Positions 10,580 through 19,950 of a stretch of DNA of 64,000 bases are shown here, piece by piece. Origin of the DNA: a virus (Duplodnaviria > Caudoviricetes). How positions within the stretch are numbered: the stretch's first letter is position 1; the number at the start of each line of letters is the position of its first letter. A model generated the notes under the pieces. That model ran no database searches. It worked only from the letters and a program-made list of their open reading frames with translations, and was not told where the DNA came from. Both the position numbers and the translations under genes were made by a program. The stretch covers positions 32,001-96,000 of IMG/VR virus record IMGVR_UViG_3300031908_000001, one strand, 5' to 3'.

Positions 10580-11352
10580 TTACAATCCCCCGAATCACTT
10601 ATATAGTCTGAATTGTCAAATAAATCTGCTGTCATGGTTGGTAATACATATTGAGATCTTCTGCCCCTATAATTTGTTATTAATTGACTCACGGGACCTT
10701 CTTGTGTCTTATTAACCATTGTTTCCCTAATAATATCAATTACATTAAAAGTAGGAGAATGAATATATCTTATAGATAATTGTATATTTTCTTTATAAAG
10801 GTATGAATCACTTAAAATAATTTTATTTTTATCGAAAGTGTAGTCAATATTTTCAATTAGTAATTTTAAAGGCTTATCACTTCCTGCAAACAAATAAATA
10901 CAAAGTATTTTTTTTATATTATATGTGCAATAAGAGGTCATCTTATTGTTTCTATTCTTTGGATAAAGAAGCTGAGAATATTCTACCTCTCCCTCAATTA
11001 CCTCTATTCTATCCATGTAAGATAATTTGTCAACTTCTCTTACAGTAATTGACACAGTTCCCAGCTTTTCCTCTGTCCAATCCTTATATATTGTATCAAG
11101 ATTCATCGAATGTAGCACTGCCTTAGTCTGAACCTTGTTTAAAAAGGTCCATCCGGTTCCTCCACAATTTCTGCAATCAGATAACTGAGCTTTGCCAGAT
11201 TCATCTGATCTACATGGACAAGATATTGCTTTTTCATAATAAATATCATATCCATTTTGCTGAATTACATTGTCAAAATTACTCTTGTAAAAGTAAACGC
11301 CTGGAACATTTTCCACATTTGGAGCTGGCGAAATTTTTACTTTTTTATTCAT
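10576..11352 (-). CDS. head closure/neck protein with CxC...CxxCxG motif
   Basis: EKAISCPC...CRNCGGTG; position after the adaptor. Confidence 0.65.
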   Translation of the reverse strand: MNKKVKISPAPNVENVPGVYFYKSNFDNVIQQNGYDIYYEKAISCPCRSDESGKAQLSDCRNCGGTGWTFLNKVQTKAVLHSMNLDTIYKDWTEEKLGTVSITVREVDKLSYMDRIEVIEGEVEYSQLLYPKNRNNKMTSYCTYNIKKILCIYLFAGSDKPLKLLIENIDYTFDKNKIILSDSYLYKENIQLSIRYIHSPTFNVIDIIRETMVNKTQEGPVSQLITNYRGRRSQYVLPTMTADLFDNSDYISDSGDCK

Positions 11353-12140
11353 TACAATGATGTGAATGGAATAGATCTATAATAATTCATTAACCTCTCT
11401 TTTTCCTCAGCCAACTCTTTTAAGTAATTTATTACCCTTGCTCCATATCCGGCGTTGGTTGCTGAAGCTGTACTGGCTATGCTTTGAGATAAGCCATCCA
11501 ATGATATGCTTTGAGAAGCTATGCCGGCTCCTAAAATAATATCACCCATAATATTGAATACTTGAATAGATGCATATTTCCCAATGAAATCAACCAAATC
11601 TTCTGGTATTTTATTGAAGCCAGTCTCATATTTTACTCTCCAGTAATTTGGAACATGGCCAACATTTGTAATTCCATAAAATGGAGCATATCCAGAATAT
11701 AGAACGCCGGTGGATGTAACTGTTCCAGACGTTGGAATTATATTTATAAGCCTTTGATAAGTTTTATTGTCAGATGTTTTTCTACAAGAAAGCCACTCGG
11801 ACGGATATTTTACTTGTTTGTAATTTGAGTAATACCCCTCTAAAGATAGAGGCTTTACAACCGGATATGTTGTCCTTATAAGTCCCCAATGTTTATGTTC
11901 ATCAAGAACAAAATCTTTTGAGTCTACTTCTATTACTTGTTTTCTTAACTTTAATTCTAAATACTCTTCTGTCTTATGCATAGCCATTCTCAAATAAAAT
12001 TCTAATGATGAATCTTTCATTTGATTGCCATTTGTTTCTTTTAAGGGTACTCCAAAAAAATACAAATCCTTAAAATCTTGAATAGACATTATAAGATCCC
12101 CCTTTATATTATAAGGGAGATCAATAGTAGTTTTAGCCAT
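11352..12140 (-). CDS. head-tail adaptor protein
   Basis: YETGF..IPEDL and GAGIASQSISLDGLSQS motifs; second gene after MCP. Confidence 0.7.
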   Translation of the reverse strand: MAKTTIDLPYNIKGDLIMSIQDFKDLYFFGVPLKETNGNQMKDSSLEFYLRMAMHKTEEYLELKLRKQVIEVDSKDFVLDEHKHWGLIRTTYPVVKPLSLEGYYSNYKQVKYPSEWLSCRKTSDNKTYQRLINIIPTSGTVTSTGVLYSGYAPFYGITNVGHVPNYWRVKYETGFNKIPEDLVDFIGKYASIQVFNIMGDIILGAGIASQSISLDGLSQSIASTASATNAGYGARVINYLKELAEEKERLMNYYRSIPFTSL

Positions 12141-12561
12141 TTAGTTTTGGAGACAAATAATCAACCATTTCTTTTTTTGTTGCAATAGATATATATTCTT
12201 CTTCGGGTAATTTGGCTTCTTTAGCCGCTTCTTTTAGCTGCTTAAGGGTCAAATGTTTTAAATCAAATTCCGGCTCTTCTTCTTTTTCTTCAACTGAATC
12301 TATCTCTGGCTCGGCGGATTTTTCCTCATTTACTTTGGGGGCCTGTTCTTCTTCGGGTAATTTGGCTTCTTCTATATTCTCAAATACTTGAGAAGGATGA
12401 GCCAATTGCTCGAATTGAGTATGATATTTACTATTCAATATCTGCTCTCCTAGTTCATCACTTACTTCCGATTCACCAGCAATGTTAAATGCTATTTTGC
12501 CGAATTCTCCATAAGAAACGATCTGAGGTGCTTTCGGCCTTTCTATTAATTTAATAACCAT
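12133..12561 (-). CDS. acidic head-associated protein with C-terminal HeH/Rho-N-like domain
   Basis: LKHLTLKQLKEAAKE...TKKEMVDYL; directly after MCP. Confidence 0.55.
   Translation of the reverse strand: MVIKLIERPKAPQIVSYGEFGKIAFNIAGESEVSDELGEQILNSKYHTQFEQLAHPSQVFENIEEAKLPEEEQAPKVNEEKSAEPEIDSVEEKEEEPEFDLKHLTLKQLKEAAKEAKLPEEEYISIATKKEMVDYLSPKLNG
12196..12371. repeat. 26-bp exact direct repeat (12196-12221 and 12346-12371)
   Basis: ttcttcttcgggtaatttggcttctt twice, encoding EAKLPEEE. Confidence 0.9.
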
Positions 12562-12610
12562 TTTAGATTTTTGTTTAAATATTTGTAATAAAGATACTCT
12601 TTTTTTTCGT

Positions 12611-12646
12611 AAAATAAAAATAGGTAAGATTTCTCCTACCTATTTT
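12611..12646 (-). terminator. intrinsic terminator after major capsid gene
   Basis: Minus strand AAAATAGGTAGGA-GAAA-TCTTACCTATTTTTATTTT. Confidence 0.8.
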
Positions 12647-12669
12647 AGTTACTTAATGTTTACTAGTAA

Positions 12670-14145
12670 TTATCGTGCAATATTCTTGATAACGGTAATT
12701 TTTCTTAGCGCAAAGCAAGTCAAATTAAGATAAGCAAGAACCATAAATCTATCAGATTGGGCAAGACGTGGCAAATCTAATTTGAACATTGGGGCAAGTT
12801 GCTTAATTGTCCATACATCCATATCATTTTGGATCATAAACGCCTTTCTTGTTCCGGCAATGGTTCTGTTTTTATCAATTATGTGATTTGCTGCTCCCCC
12901 ATCATAACCAGCAACCTTTGCAGCCTTGCTGATAGAGATGATAGGATAAAGTGGTACAGCAGTTCCAAAAGTTGCTCCTTTTTCACTTCTATAGATCTTG
13001 TAACCTGTAGTTGTAGCATCTCCATCTGTAAATGTAATATCTGTTCCATCTCCGGCGGCTACAGCTATTACTGCACCACCTCCAAGATCAAGTAAAGCAG
13101 ATTCTCCATTTGGACCAACGGCGGCTACTGCGTAGATATAATTTCCAGCATCTCCAGCACCAAATAATGATCCAGTTGTTGCTGGAGTTGTTACAGTTGG
13201 TGCAGATGGTGTTGCAGGGCCAGTTCCTATTTGAGCTGAAGCAAGTGTTCTTGCCGCTCTCGAAGTATCCAAGAATACATCTTGAATCATTTTAACTGAT
13301 CCACCGGAAGTGTTAACTTCTGAAGGTACGGTTCCTACGGTTCCGGCAAACCCGCCTTGACCATTGGTCATTGGAAATCTTTGATTTGCAAAATGCGTAA
13401 TACCAAAGTCGGCCTTAGTTTTTGGATCTAAGAAGATTGTGTCTCCAAAACCAAAGTTGTTTATAATTCCTTGAGAAGCTGTCTCAAAATGAGCTTGCGT
13501 TAAAACTGCACCTCTTAAATCAAGAACGCTATCTGAAGCCGCCTCTATATCAAGAGAACCAAATTGTCTCTGATGTTGGGCATATATACCGTTAAATTCT
13601 TTTGTTGCAACTTCTGAATCTGCAAAAGCAAGAGCTCTATTTACCTTATGTAATAGGTAAATCATCTTGTTTCTTATTTCAGTCTGATAAAGATTACCAA
13701 CGTTGTTCTTAACCATTTGAGCAGCTAGAGAAACTTCTCCTTGAACCCCCATGAATTTGATCAACTCCATTCCTCTTGTATACACAGAGTCGGCAACGGC
13801 TGGCAATTCTGTTTCGCTTATGAAACCTCCACCATCTGCACCATATGAAAGCAATTGATTGTACTCTTCAACCGTGTTATAAGCAGCCATTTTAGGCACC
13901 CATTTGTACAGCTCAAGTTGACCTTCTTTAAAAGTTAAAGTCTTAAGGTTTGCATCCAAACTCTCAAGTTTTAACGATTGAGAACCAACATTTGTTAGTC
14001 CAGTTGTCTCTCTACCAGTTATAGTTCCGGCGGTTAGAGCTTTATTAAGATTATCTAATTGGTCGGCAGAGGATGAGCCCTCTAATAGACCATCTGCTCC
14101 AGCGCCCTGATAATCTGACATTGAAATTCCTAGATTTGGAGTCAT
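12670..14145 (-). CDS. major capsid protein (Herelleviridae-like)
   Basis: 491 aa; LNKALTAG, SLKLESLD, NTVEEYN, EFNG, LAPMFKLDL; Fn3-like insertion (YIYAVAAVGPNGES); strong terminator follows. Confidence 0.92.
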   Translation of the reverse strand: MTPNLGISMSDYQGAGADGLLEGSSSADQLDNLNKALTAGTITGRETTGLTNVGSQSLKLESLDANLKTLTFKEGQLELYKWVPKMAAYNTVEEYNQLLSYGADGGGFISETELPAVADSVYTRGMELIKFMGVQGEVSLAAQMVKNNVGNLYQTEIRNKMIYLLHKVNRALAFADSEVATKEFNGIYAQHQRQFGSLDIEAASDSVLDLRGAVLTQAHFETASQGIINNFGFGDTIFLDPKTKADFGITHFANQRFPMTNGQGGFAGTVGTVPSEVNTSGGSVKMIQDVFLDTSRAARTLASAQIGTGPATPSAPTVTTPATTGSLFGAGDAGNYIYAVAAVGPNGESALLDLGGGAVIAVAAGDGTDITFTDGDATTTGYKIYRSEKGATFGTAVPLYPIISISKAAKVAGYDGGAANHIIDKNRTIAGTRKAFMIQNDMDVWTIKQLAPMFKLDLPRLAQSDRFMVLAYLNLTCFALRKITVIKNIAR

Positions 14146-14174
14146 TTGTTATAATTATTATTTTAGTTATTTAC

Positions 14175-15863
14175 TTATTTAGTTATTAAAATATTTTCTT
14201 GTTTCAATTTTAAAATTGCTTCTGGAGATAAACCAAGTGTTCCTGGTGTTACTTCATAAGTTGCAGCCTCTTTTGCCCAAAAATCATTTTCTGAATTTGA
14301 ATGACCCTTTTGAATTGCATCATAATTAACTTTGCCTGTAATTATGTTCATCAACTCTCTTTTGTTGCCAACAATTGACAAAGTTCTTACATTAGAAGGT
14401 GTTTCATTGTTAAATGATTTCTCAATGTAATTTGCTCCAGTAATTGCTTTTCTAACTGGCTCTTTTTCATATTCTTCCATTCTACCTGAAACTTCAGAAA
14501 GCTGTTTTGTCACCTCTGAAAGAGATTTTGACAAATCATTATTTACACCTTCAAATTTTTCAATAATGGTTTTAGTAATTATTCCAAATGATTTAATAAG
14601 ATCATCGGTTTTTTTATTGCTTTCTTCTGTAAGACTTTTAAATAAATCAGCTGCCTCAGATTTAGAAATCACTTCTACTGCTGGAGGGGCGGGTGTGGCT
14701 GGTTCAGTGGCGCCATCTTCTGATTTTTTTACATCGTCAGTTTTAGGAGCATCATCTTTATCCTCATCTTCCTCACCATCTTTTTTCTTCTTTTTATCTT
14801 TATCCTTCTTGTCCGAATCCTTGTCTCCTTCTTCTGCATTCTCTGATTTTACTACATCCTCATCTTTTTTAGGATCTGCATCAGATGCAGGCTTTTCACC
14901 TTTTGAAAAAACTTCTTCATAGTTTAATCCAATCATATCAAAAGCTTTGATAATTGATTCATTGGAAACTATGTCAGTATTATTATTATCCATCTTATCT
15001 TCTTTTTGTTTTTCGATTGCCTCAATCAAGACAACAATTTTTTCAGATTTATTTATATCGTAAATATAATTAAAAATTTTATCAAAAATAAAACTTTTAC
15101 TAAACTTTTTTGAAAAGTTTTTATTTTTATCCTTCTTTTTTTTCAAATGTTGTAATTTGCTGGCTCCCTCTAATGATTCTTTCATTACTGGATTTGTTTC
15201 AATTGCTACACCGGAAGTATCTGAAGTGGTTGTAATTGCCTTAATTATATTAAGCTCTTTATCTACAACAATCCTCTCTCCACTTACCTCTAAATCCAAT
15301 ATTGCTTCTACATCTCCGCCATTAATAAATGACTTAATAATATCTGGAGAGGTGGATTTGAGCAAAGTCATTTTTGTTCCTGGATTCTTTCCAATTAGAC
15401 ATATTGCGCAATGATGAATATCTGCTTCCTCTATGTGCTTATAACCAGAATCTTTTTTATCAGTTGATTTTCTCTTCGTTGCTTTTCCCTCAATTGAAAA
15501 ATGAAGAGATCTTCCAGAATTAGATTTTTCTAAAATTTCCTGTAATTGATACACCTTATCTGCTAAAGGGGAGTCATACAATTCCCCCTCTACATAAAGT
15601 ATATTGTCCTTTACTTCTGCTTTTGTTGGATATCCTATTGCAGCTAATAGTGGGTCTCCAGACATATGGGCCCAATTGAAGAAACCTTCTTGTAAAAAAA
15701 TTGATAAATCAAATCCATTTGGTTCAAGTATCTCATCATCGGCATCTTTCGTGTCTGTCGATGCTACTCCTCCAAACTTACGAACCTTCTTGCCGGAACT
15801 ATCCTGTTTCGCCTTTGAGAAAGTTACAGGAACAAACAAATTAAAATTATCTTCTGTATTCAA
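14175..15863 (-). CDS. prohead protease fused to scaffold domain
   Basis: GVAST..KDADDEIL, FNWAH, SIEG protease motifs; charged low-complexity C-terminal half; TTG start. Confidence 0.85.
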   Translation of the reverse strand: MNTEDNFNLFVPVTFSKAKQDSSGKKVRKFGGVASTDTKDADDEILEPNGFDLSIFLQEGFFNWAHMSGDPLLAAIGYPTKAEVKDNILYVEGELYDSPLADKVYQLQEILEKSNSGRSLHFSIEGKATKRKSTDKKDSGYKHIEEADIHHCAICLIGKNPGTKMTLLKSTSPDIIKSFINGGDVEAILDLEVSGERIVVDKELNIIKAITTTSDTSGVAIETNPVMKESLEGASKLQHLKKKKDKNKNFSKKFSKSFIFDKIFNYIYDINKSEKIVVLIEAIEKQKEDKMDNNNTDIVSNESIIKAFDMIGLNYEEVFSKGEKPASDADPKKDEDVVKSENAEEGDKDSDKKDKDKKKKKDGEEDEDKDDAPKTDDVKKSEDGATEPATPAPPAVEVISKSEAADLFKSLTEESNKKTDDLIKSFGIITKTIIEKFEGVNNDLSKSLSEVTKQLSEVSGRMEEYEKEPVRKAITGANYIEKSFNNETPSNVRTLSIVGNKRELMNIITGKVNYDAIQKGHSNSENDFWAKEAATYEVTPGTLGLSPEAILKLKQENILITK

Positions 15864-15963
15864 TTAAATCATAAACCTACTTTATTTACGATCTTTTTAT
15901 TTATTAAGCTCATAAATTATAAACTTTTGATAAAAATAATGATTTAATTTCAAAAATAAAAAT

Positions 15964-16884
15964 TTATTCATCTTTTGTTATTGTAACTTTTGGTTTTGGC
16001 AATCCTTCAACCTTCATTTTATATTTTTCATCATACAAATCAAATAATTGAGTTTCAGGATTCCACTTCATTCCCACTATAGCCCTGTGCCAAGTGCAAC
16101 GACAATAAGGATGAGTAGATCCCATTACTGGCAACCATTCTGAAGATTTTCTGCCTATATTATCTCCATTGGCTTCAATTTCTTCTGTAGTAAATAAAAT
16201 GGGCTCACTTCCGGCACCAGATGTTAAATATAATTTAATACAGTGCTTACATGCCTGGGCATATACCTGTCTATAAATTTTTGCTTCAGGGTCTTCTCTC
16301 TTGATTGCTGCAACTCTCCCCTCTTGGAATGCTGAATTACTTCTAAATTCCACTATCCTATCAAAATCACGTGAATAATCGCCTGTTCTATCCTGAATAT
16401 CTGAAACTACTTGCCTTAATGATTTTCTTTCCTGAATTCCTCTTTGCTCTTCTTCAGTAATCGCCTCAATCATTCTCTGCTTTCTTTCTTCAGATAAAAT
16501 TCTATCCCCTATTTGATTCCCGATTTTATCAGATAAACCCTTAATATCATTTACAGTTTGTTTTTTAATTGCTTCCAGAATATCATTTTCTTGTTTATTT
16601 AAAGGAATAAACCGGCCCGACTTCAGATATTTTTTAAAATCTTCATAAGTAATTTTATTTCCCTGAGTCTGATTTAATGCTTCTGAAAGAATTCCGAATT
16701 TAAATGATACGCCAAGTGTATCAATATTCTCAATTTTAGAAAGGTCTATTCCGAATTTCTCTAATAACTTTTTATCATCCTTTGTTAAAAAAGATTCGCC
16801 GACATGATTTACAATAAAAGTAAGATGATAATGTCTAATTATATCCAGTATCTCTTGTAACTGAGATGGGGATAATTTTAACAT
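15964..16884 (-). CDS. MuF/SPP1 gp7-like minor head protein
   Basis: RDFDRIV...ACKHC...HPYCRC signature. Confidence 0.85.
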   Translation of the reverse strand: MLKLSPSQLQEILDIIRHYHLTFIVNHVGESFLTKDDKKLLEKFGIDLSKIENIDTLGVSFKFGILSEALNQTQGNKITYEDFKKYLKSGRFIPLNKQENDILEAIKKQTVNDIKGLSDKIGNQIGDRILSEERKQRMIEAITEEEQRGIQERKSLRQVVSDIQDRTGDYSRDFDRIVEFRSNSAFQEGRVAAIKREDPEAKIYRQVYAQACKHCIKLYLTSGAGSEPILFTTEEIEANGDNIGRKSSEWLPVMGSTHPYCRCTWHRAIVGMKWNPETQLFDLYDEKYKMKVEGLPKPKVTITKDE

Positions 16885-17066
16885 TGTGCAGTATGGTTAA
16901 AATGAATTATTTGTCTGACAAATGTATGATTACATGCCCCATGTGTATGATATCTATTATTATTTAATTTGGCTTCAAGATCCAATATATGTTCTGTTTG
17001 AACATCAATAAGCTCTAATAAATCATCTATATATTTGTTTAATTGCGCTTTTTTAGGTTTTTTCAT
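16878..17066 (-). CDS. hypothetical protein
   Basis: 62 aa, overlaps both neighbours. Confidence 0.4.
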   Translation of the reverse strand: MKKPKKAQLNKYIDDLLELIDVQTEHILDLEAKLNNNRYHTHGACNHTFVRQIIHFNHTAQC

Positions 17067-17650
17067 AGTTCTAATGGTAAAATGTCCTCATTATTAATTA
17101 ACATAATTTTGTGAAGATTCTCATTTAAATCTAGCAAAAGATTCATATCCATCCAGGTATGCTTTCCGGCCCACATATAATTCTGATGTTCAGTATAATT
17201 TAAAATTATAGTTTCTGGATCTGAAATCGTTGCCCAAAAATATTTTATGTTTGCTTTATTTGAATCCTTCTCTGCTACAAACAAAGCATCATTTATCACT
17301 AACCCCGTTTCTTCTTGTAATTCCCTTATTGCAGCATCTTTTGCTTCTTCTCCTTTGTCAACATGGCCCCCTGGAAGTCCCCATGCATTTGGAGCAAAAC
17401 CATTCATTAAACTTCTTTTCAATAAAAGAACCTGATTGCTAGAATTGCAAAGTATGATATCTGCATAAAATTCTTTTTTCTTTGATTTTGGAGCCTGTTT
17501 TGCAAATGATTGATTTATCATTTTATCAAGTGGCTGTGGATTTTTGGCCATCTTCATCTGATCAGTGTCAGTGACGACATCAAGTATTGAAATCTCTATA
17601 TGAGATCTATTTGCAATAATTGCTTTTTTTATGTATCCACCTATATCCAT
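17063..17650 (-). CDS. NUDIX hydrolase
   Basis: Complete Nudix box GGHVDKGEEAKDAAIRELQEETGL. Confidence 0.92.
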   Translation of the reverse strand: MDIGGYIKKAIIANRSHIEISILDVVTDTDQMKMAKNPQPLDKMINQSFAKQAPKSKKKEFYADIILCNSSNQVLLLKRSLMNGFAPNAWGLPGGHVDKGEEAKDAAIRELQEETGLVINDALFVAEKDSNKANIKYFWATISDPETIILNYTEHQNYMWAGKHTWMDMNLLLDLNENLHKIMLINNEDILPLEL

Positions 17651-17877
17651 TACTTTGAAAATTCTATTATTTTAGATAAGATATCTTTTGTCATATTTGC
17701 CACTGATTTTTGATAATTCTTCTTCATCTCATTCTCATACTGAATTATCATTTTAAATCTAGGGGGGTCCTTATACTCTGAAACTTTTTTTTTAAGTTTC
17801 ATTGGCTTTGCCTTAATAATCCAGCCCTTCTTTGGATCAATTTCGGCGCTATAAAAATCATTATCTATTATACACAT
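17650..17877 (-). CDS. hypothetical protein in head module
   Basis: 75 aa, 1-bp overlaps on both sides. Confidence 0.55.
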   Translation of the reverse strand: MCIIDNDFYSAEIDPKKGWIIKAKPMKLKKKVSEYKDPPRFKMIIQYENEMKKNYQKSVANMTKDILSKIIEFSK

Positions 17878-18839
17878 TACACTTCTTTCTTCTTTTTAGA
17901 TTTAGTAGCTTTCTTTTTCTCTGGTGTAGGGTCTTTGGTTACAAATTTACTCAAATCCAGATCCCTTGGCAATAATAACTCTTTTTCTCCGCCTCCAAGA
18001 TATGCATAATTTGTTCCAGCCGGTATTGTTAATTTATATATTTTTCCACCATCTGATTTAAACTGATAAGAAGCGTATGGATCTATAGATGTAGACTGAA
18101 AGGCTTTATCTTCCTTTAAACCCTCAGTACCAGATAAGCTTCTATAAACTACAAGATCTTCTTTTAATTTATGCTTCTTAATAGCTGAATCAATCTGATC
18201 AATTGTTTCTTGATCTTTCTTGCTTATTTTTACATTTTCTGGATCCCGCAGGAATCCATTTATTTTTTTATAATTTATAGAAACATAATCATCTAAAGCA
18301 TCTATCTCTTCATCAGTAAAATTTTGCTCTAAATTAGACTCTATGTCCCTAGTATCAGATTGAGCGGCATCTATTAATTTACCCTGCTTTACTCTATCCA
18401 TTTTCTTGAATTTTCCTGACTGAAGTGCATCAAATAATTTGCCATGCGCTATTGCATGAGTGTCATTTCCCTCTCCCCTCTTATCCAATTCAGCCTGGGC
18501 AATATTTTTAAGTTCTTTATCTTCTCCATTTTTCACATAATGTTCAAGATCATTTGTTGATGCATCTTTTGCATGCTCTTCGGACTCCTTTGCTTTAGAA
18601 TCTTTTTTTTCTTCTTCCGGCTCTTGACTATTGGTAGAAGCTTCTTTCTTTTCATCTTCGCCAATTTTTACATAGACTGTCCTTTTTTGTCCATTCTTGT
18701 CTGTAATTTCCTTTTTTTGTAATTCCGATATATTTTTTTTAGCCTTCTCCAAAGCATCAATGTCAATAGCCCCACTATCATAAGCCTTAGCTATATTGGT
18801 TATAGATTCTATAAGATTTTCTTCTGTTATTTCAATCAT
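17877..18839 (-). CDS. VIP2/C3-like ADP-ribosyltransferase with charged N-terminal leader
   Basis: YKKINGFLR, LVVYRS, FQSTS, EKELLLPR form the R-S-ExE triad. Confidence 0.88.
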   Translation of the reverse strand: MIEITEENLIESITNIAKAYDSGAIDIDALEKAKKNISELQKKEITDKNGQKRTVYVKIGEDEKKEASTNSQEPEEEKKDSKAKESEEHAKDASTNDLEHYVKNGEDKELKNIAQAELDKRGEGNDTHAIAHGKLFDALQSGKFKKMDRVKQGKLIDAAQSDTRDIESNLEQNFTDEEIDALDDYVSINYKKINGFLRDPENVKISKKDQETIDQIDSAIKKHKLKEDLVVYRSLSGTEGLKEDKAFQSTSIDPYASYQFKSDGGKIYKLTIPAGTNYAYLGGGEKELLLPRDLDLSKFVTKDPTPEKKKATKSKKKKEV

Positions 18840-19096
18840 TGCTTTATTGTTAGTGACTCTAAAAAATACGCCAATTCAGTCTCTCCCTCTATATCTATTA
18901 CTCTCTCGCCACCGATTAAATAATTTAATTGCAGATATATGTTTTTTGATTCATATTCTTCTTCAATTATTTTATAAAGTGCATATTGCATATCAAGAAG
19001 CTCATCTATAAAAAATAGATAATCTTCATCATGCAAACAAGACTTAATAAACAGTGTCTCATTTTTAATAATGCACTTTATAAAATAATATTCCAT
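18836..19096 (-). CDS. small acidic protein coupled to the ART gene
   Basis: 86 aa, ATGA overlap with ART start. Confidence 0.5.
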   Translation of the reverse strand: MEYYFIKCIIKNETLFIKSCLHDEDYLFFIDELLDMQYALYKIIEEEYESKNIYLQLNYLIGGERVIDIEGETELAYFLESLTIKQ

Positions 19097-19101
19097 TTTA
19101 G

Positions 19102-19392
19102 TTACTTAATAATATTGTCATTTTCTCCTAAATTCACTTTATTTGAGGTAGTCATCTGAGCACCAACAATTCCAAGAGCTCCACCAATTACTCCTATTCC
19201 AGAGCACCATTGACCAATTTGAATTAATATTTCTGGCAGAAATCCAGGAGCATTTGTTTCTGCCGTATAAATTCCCAATCCCAAAACTATTGAAATTGCC
19301 ACAACTTTCTTTAAAGCTTTTTGAATAGCTTTAGCTATTTTGGGGGTTTCGCTTTTCCATCTTTGAATTACTAGCTGTATTACTTTTTTCAT
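19102..19392 (-). CDS. holin-like membrane protein
   Basis: 96 aa, basic N-terminus (RWKSETPK) and two hydrophobic segments. Confidence 0.5.
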   Translation of the reverse strand: MKKVIQLVIQRWKSETPKIAKAIQKALKKVVAISIVLGLGIYTAETNAPGFLPEILIQIGQWCSGIGVIGGALGIVGAQMTTSNKVNLGENDNIIK

Positions 19393-19401
19393 TGTTTATT
19401 A

Positions 19402-19950
19402 TTAATTAAAATTTAACGCTATTAACTGGTTTACTGATAAAGTATATTTTTTACTGTCAACCAAATTTTGCATAATAATATTTGAGGCTGTAATATCTTC
19501 CATAAGGCTTCTATAAGTGTAAGCCAATTCATTATACTTTTGGCAACAGATGTTTAATTCAGTTGCTTCATTATATTTTTCTGACATATTATCCCAGGCG
19601 GGATTTGAAATCTCGTAACCATATCTTGCAATCTTTATTGCTGGATAACGGGAATATAATTCTTCCGAAGGATCTGATCCTATCTGAGATTTAAATACAC
19701 CCATCTGTGCTTCAATAATTGTTTTTTGAGCTTCAAGAGCGGAAATAATAGCCGGCATTTTTTCTTTAATTTCTTTTCCACTCTTATCAAAAGTTATCGG
19801 TGTACCTCCATGATAACTAGTCAATAATATATCTGACATTTCTCCCTTCTGAATCATATCAGATGAATGAGATGGTGCAATGTATTTTGGCTGCACTTTA
19901 AAGTTACTTAATATCTTGCTTTGTTGCGCTTTTTCAAAATTTGGTATCAT
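19402..19950 (-). CDS. hypothetical head-module protein
   Basis: 182 aa coupled to portal stop; FEKA and IQKG motifs. Confidence 0.6.
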   Translation of the reverse strand: MIPNFEKAQQSKILSNFKVQPKYIAPSHSSDMIQKGEMSDILLTSYHGGTPITFDKSGKEIKEKMPAIISALEAQKTIIEAQMGVFKSQIGSDPSEELYSRYPAIKIARYGYEISNPAWDNMSEKYNEATELNICCQKYNELAYTYRSLMEDITASNIIMQNLVDSKKYTLSVNQLIALNFN

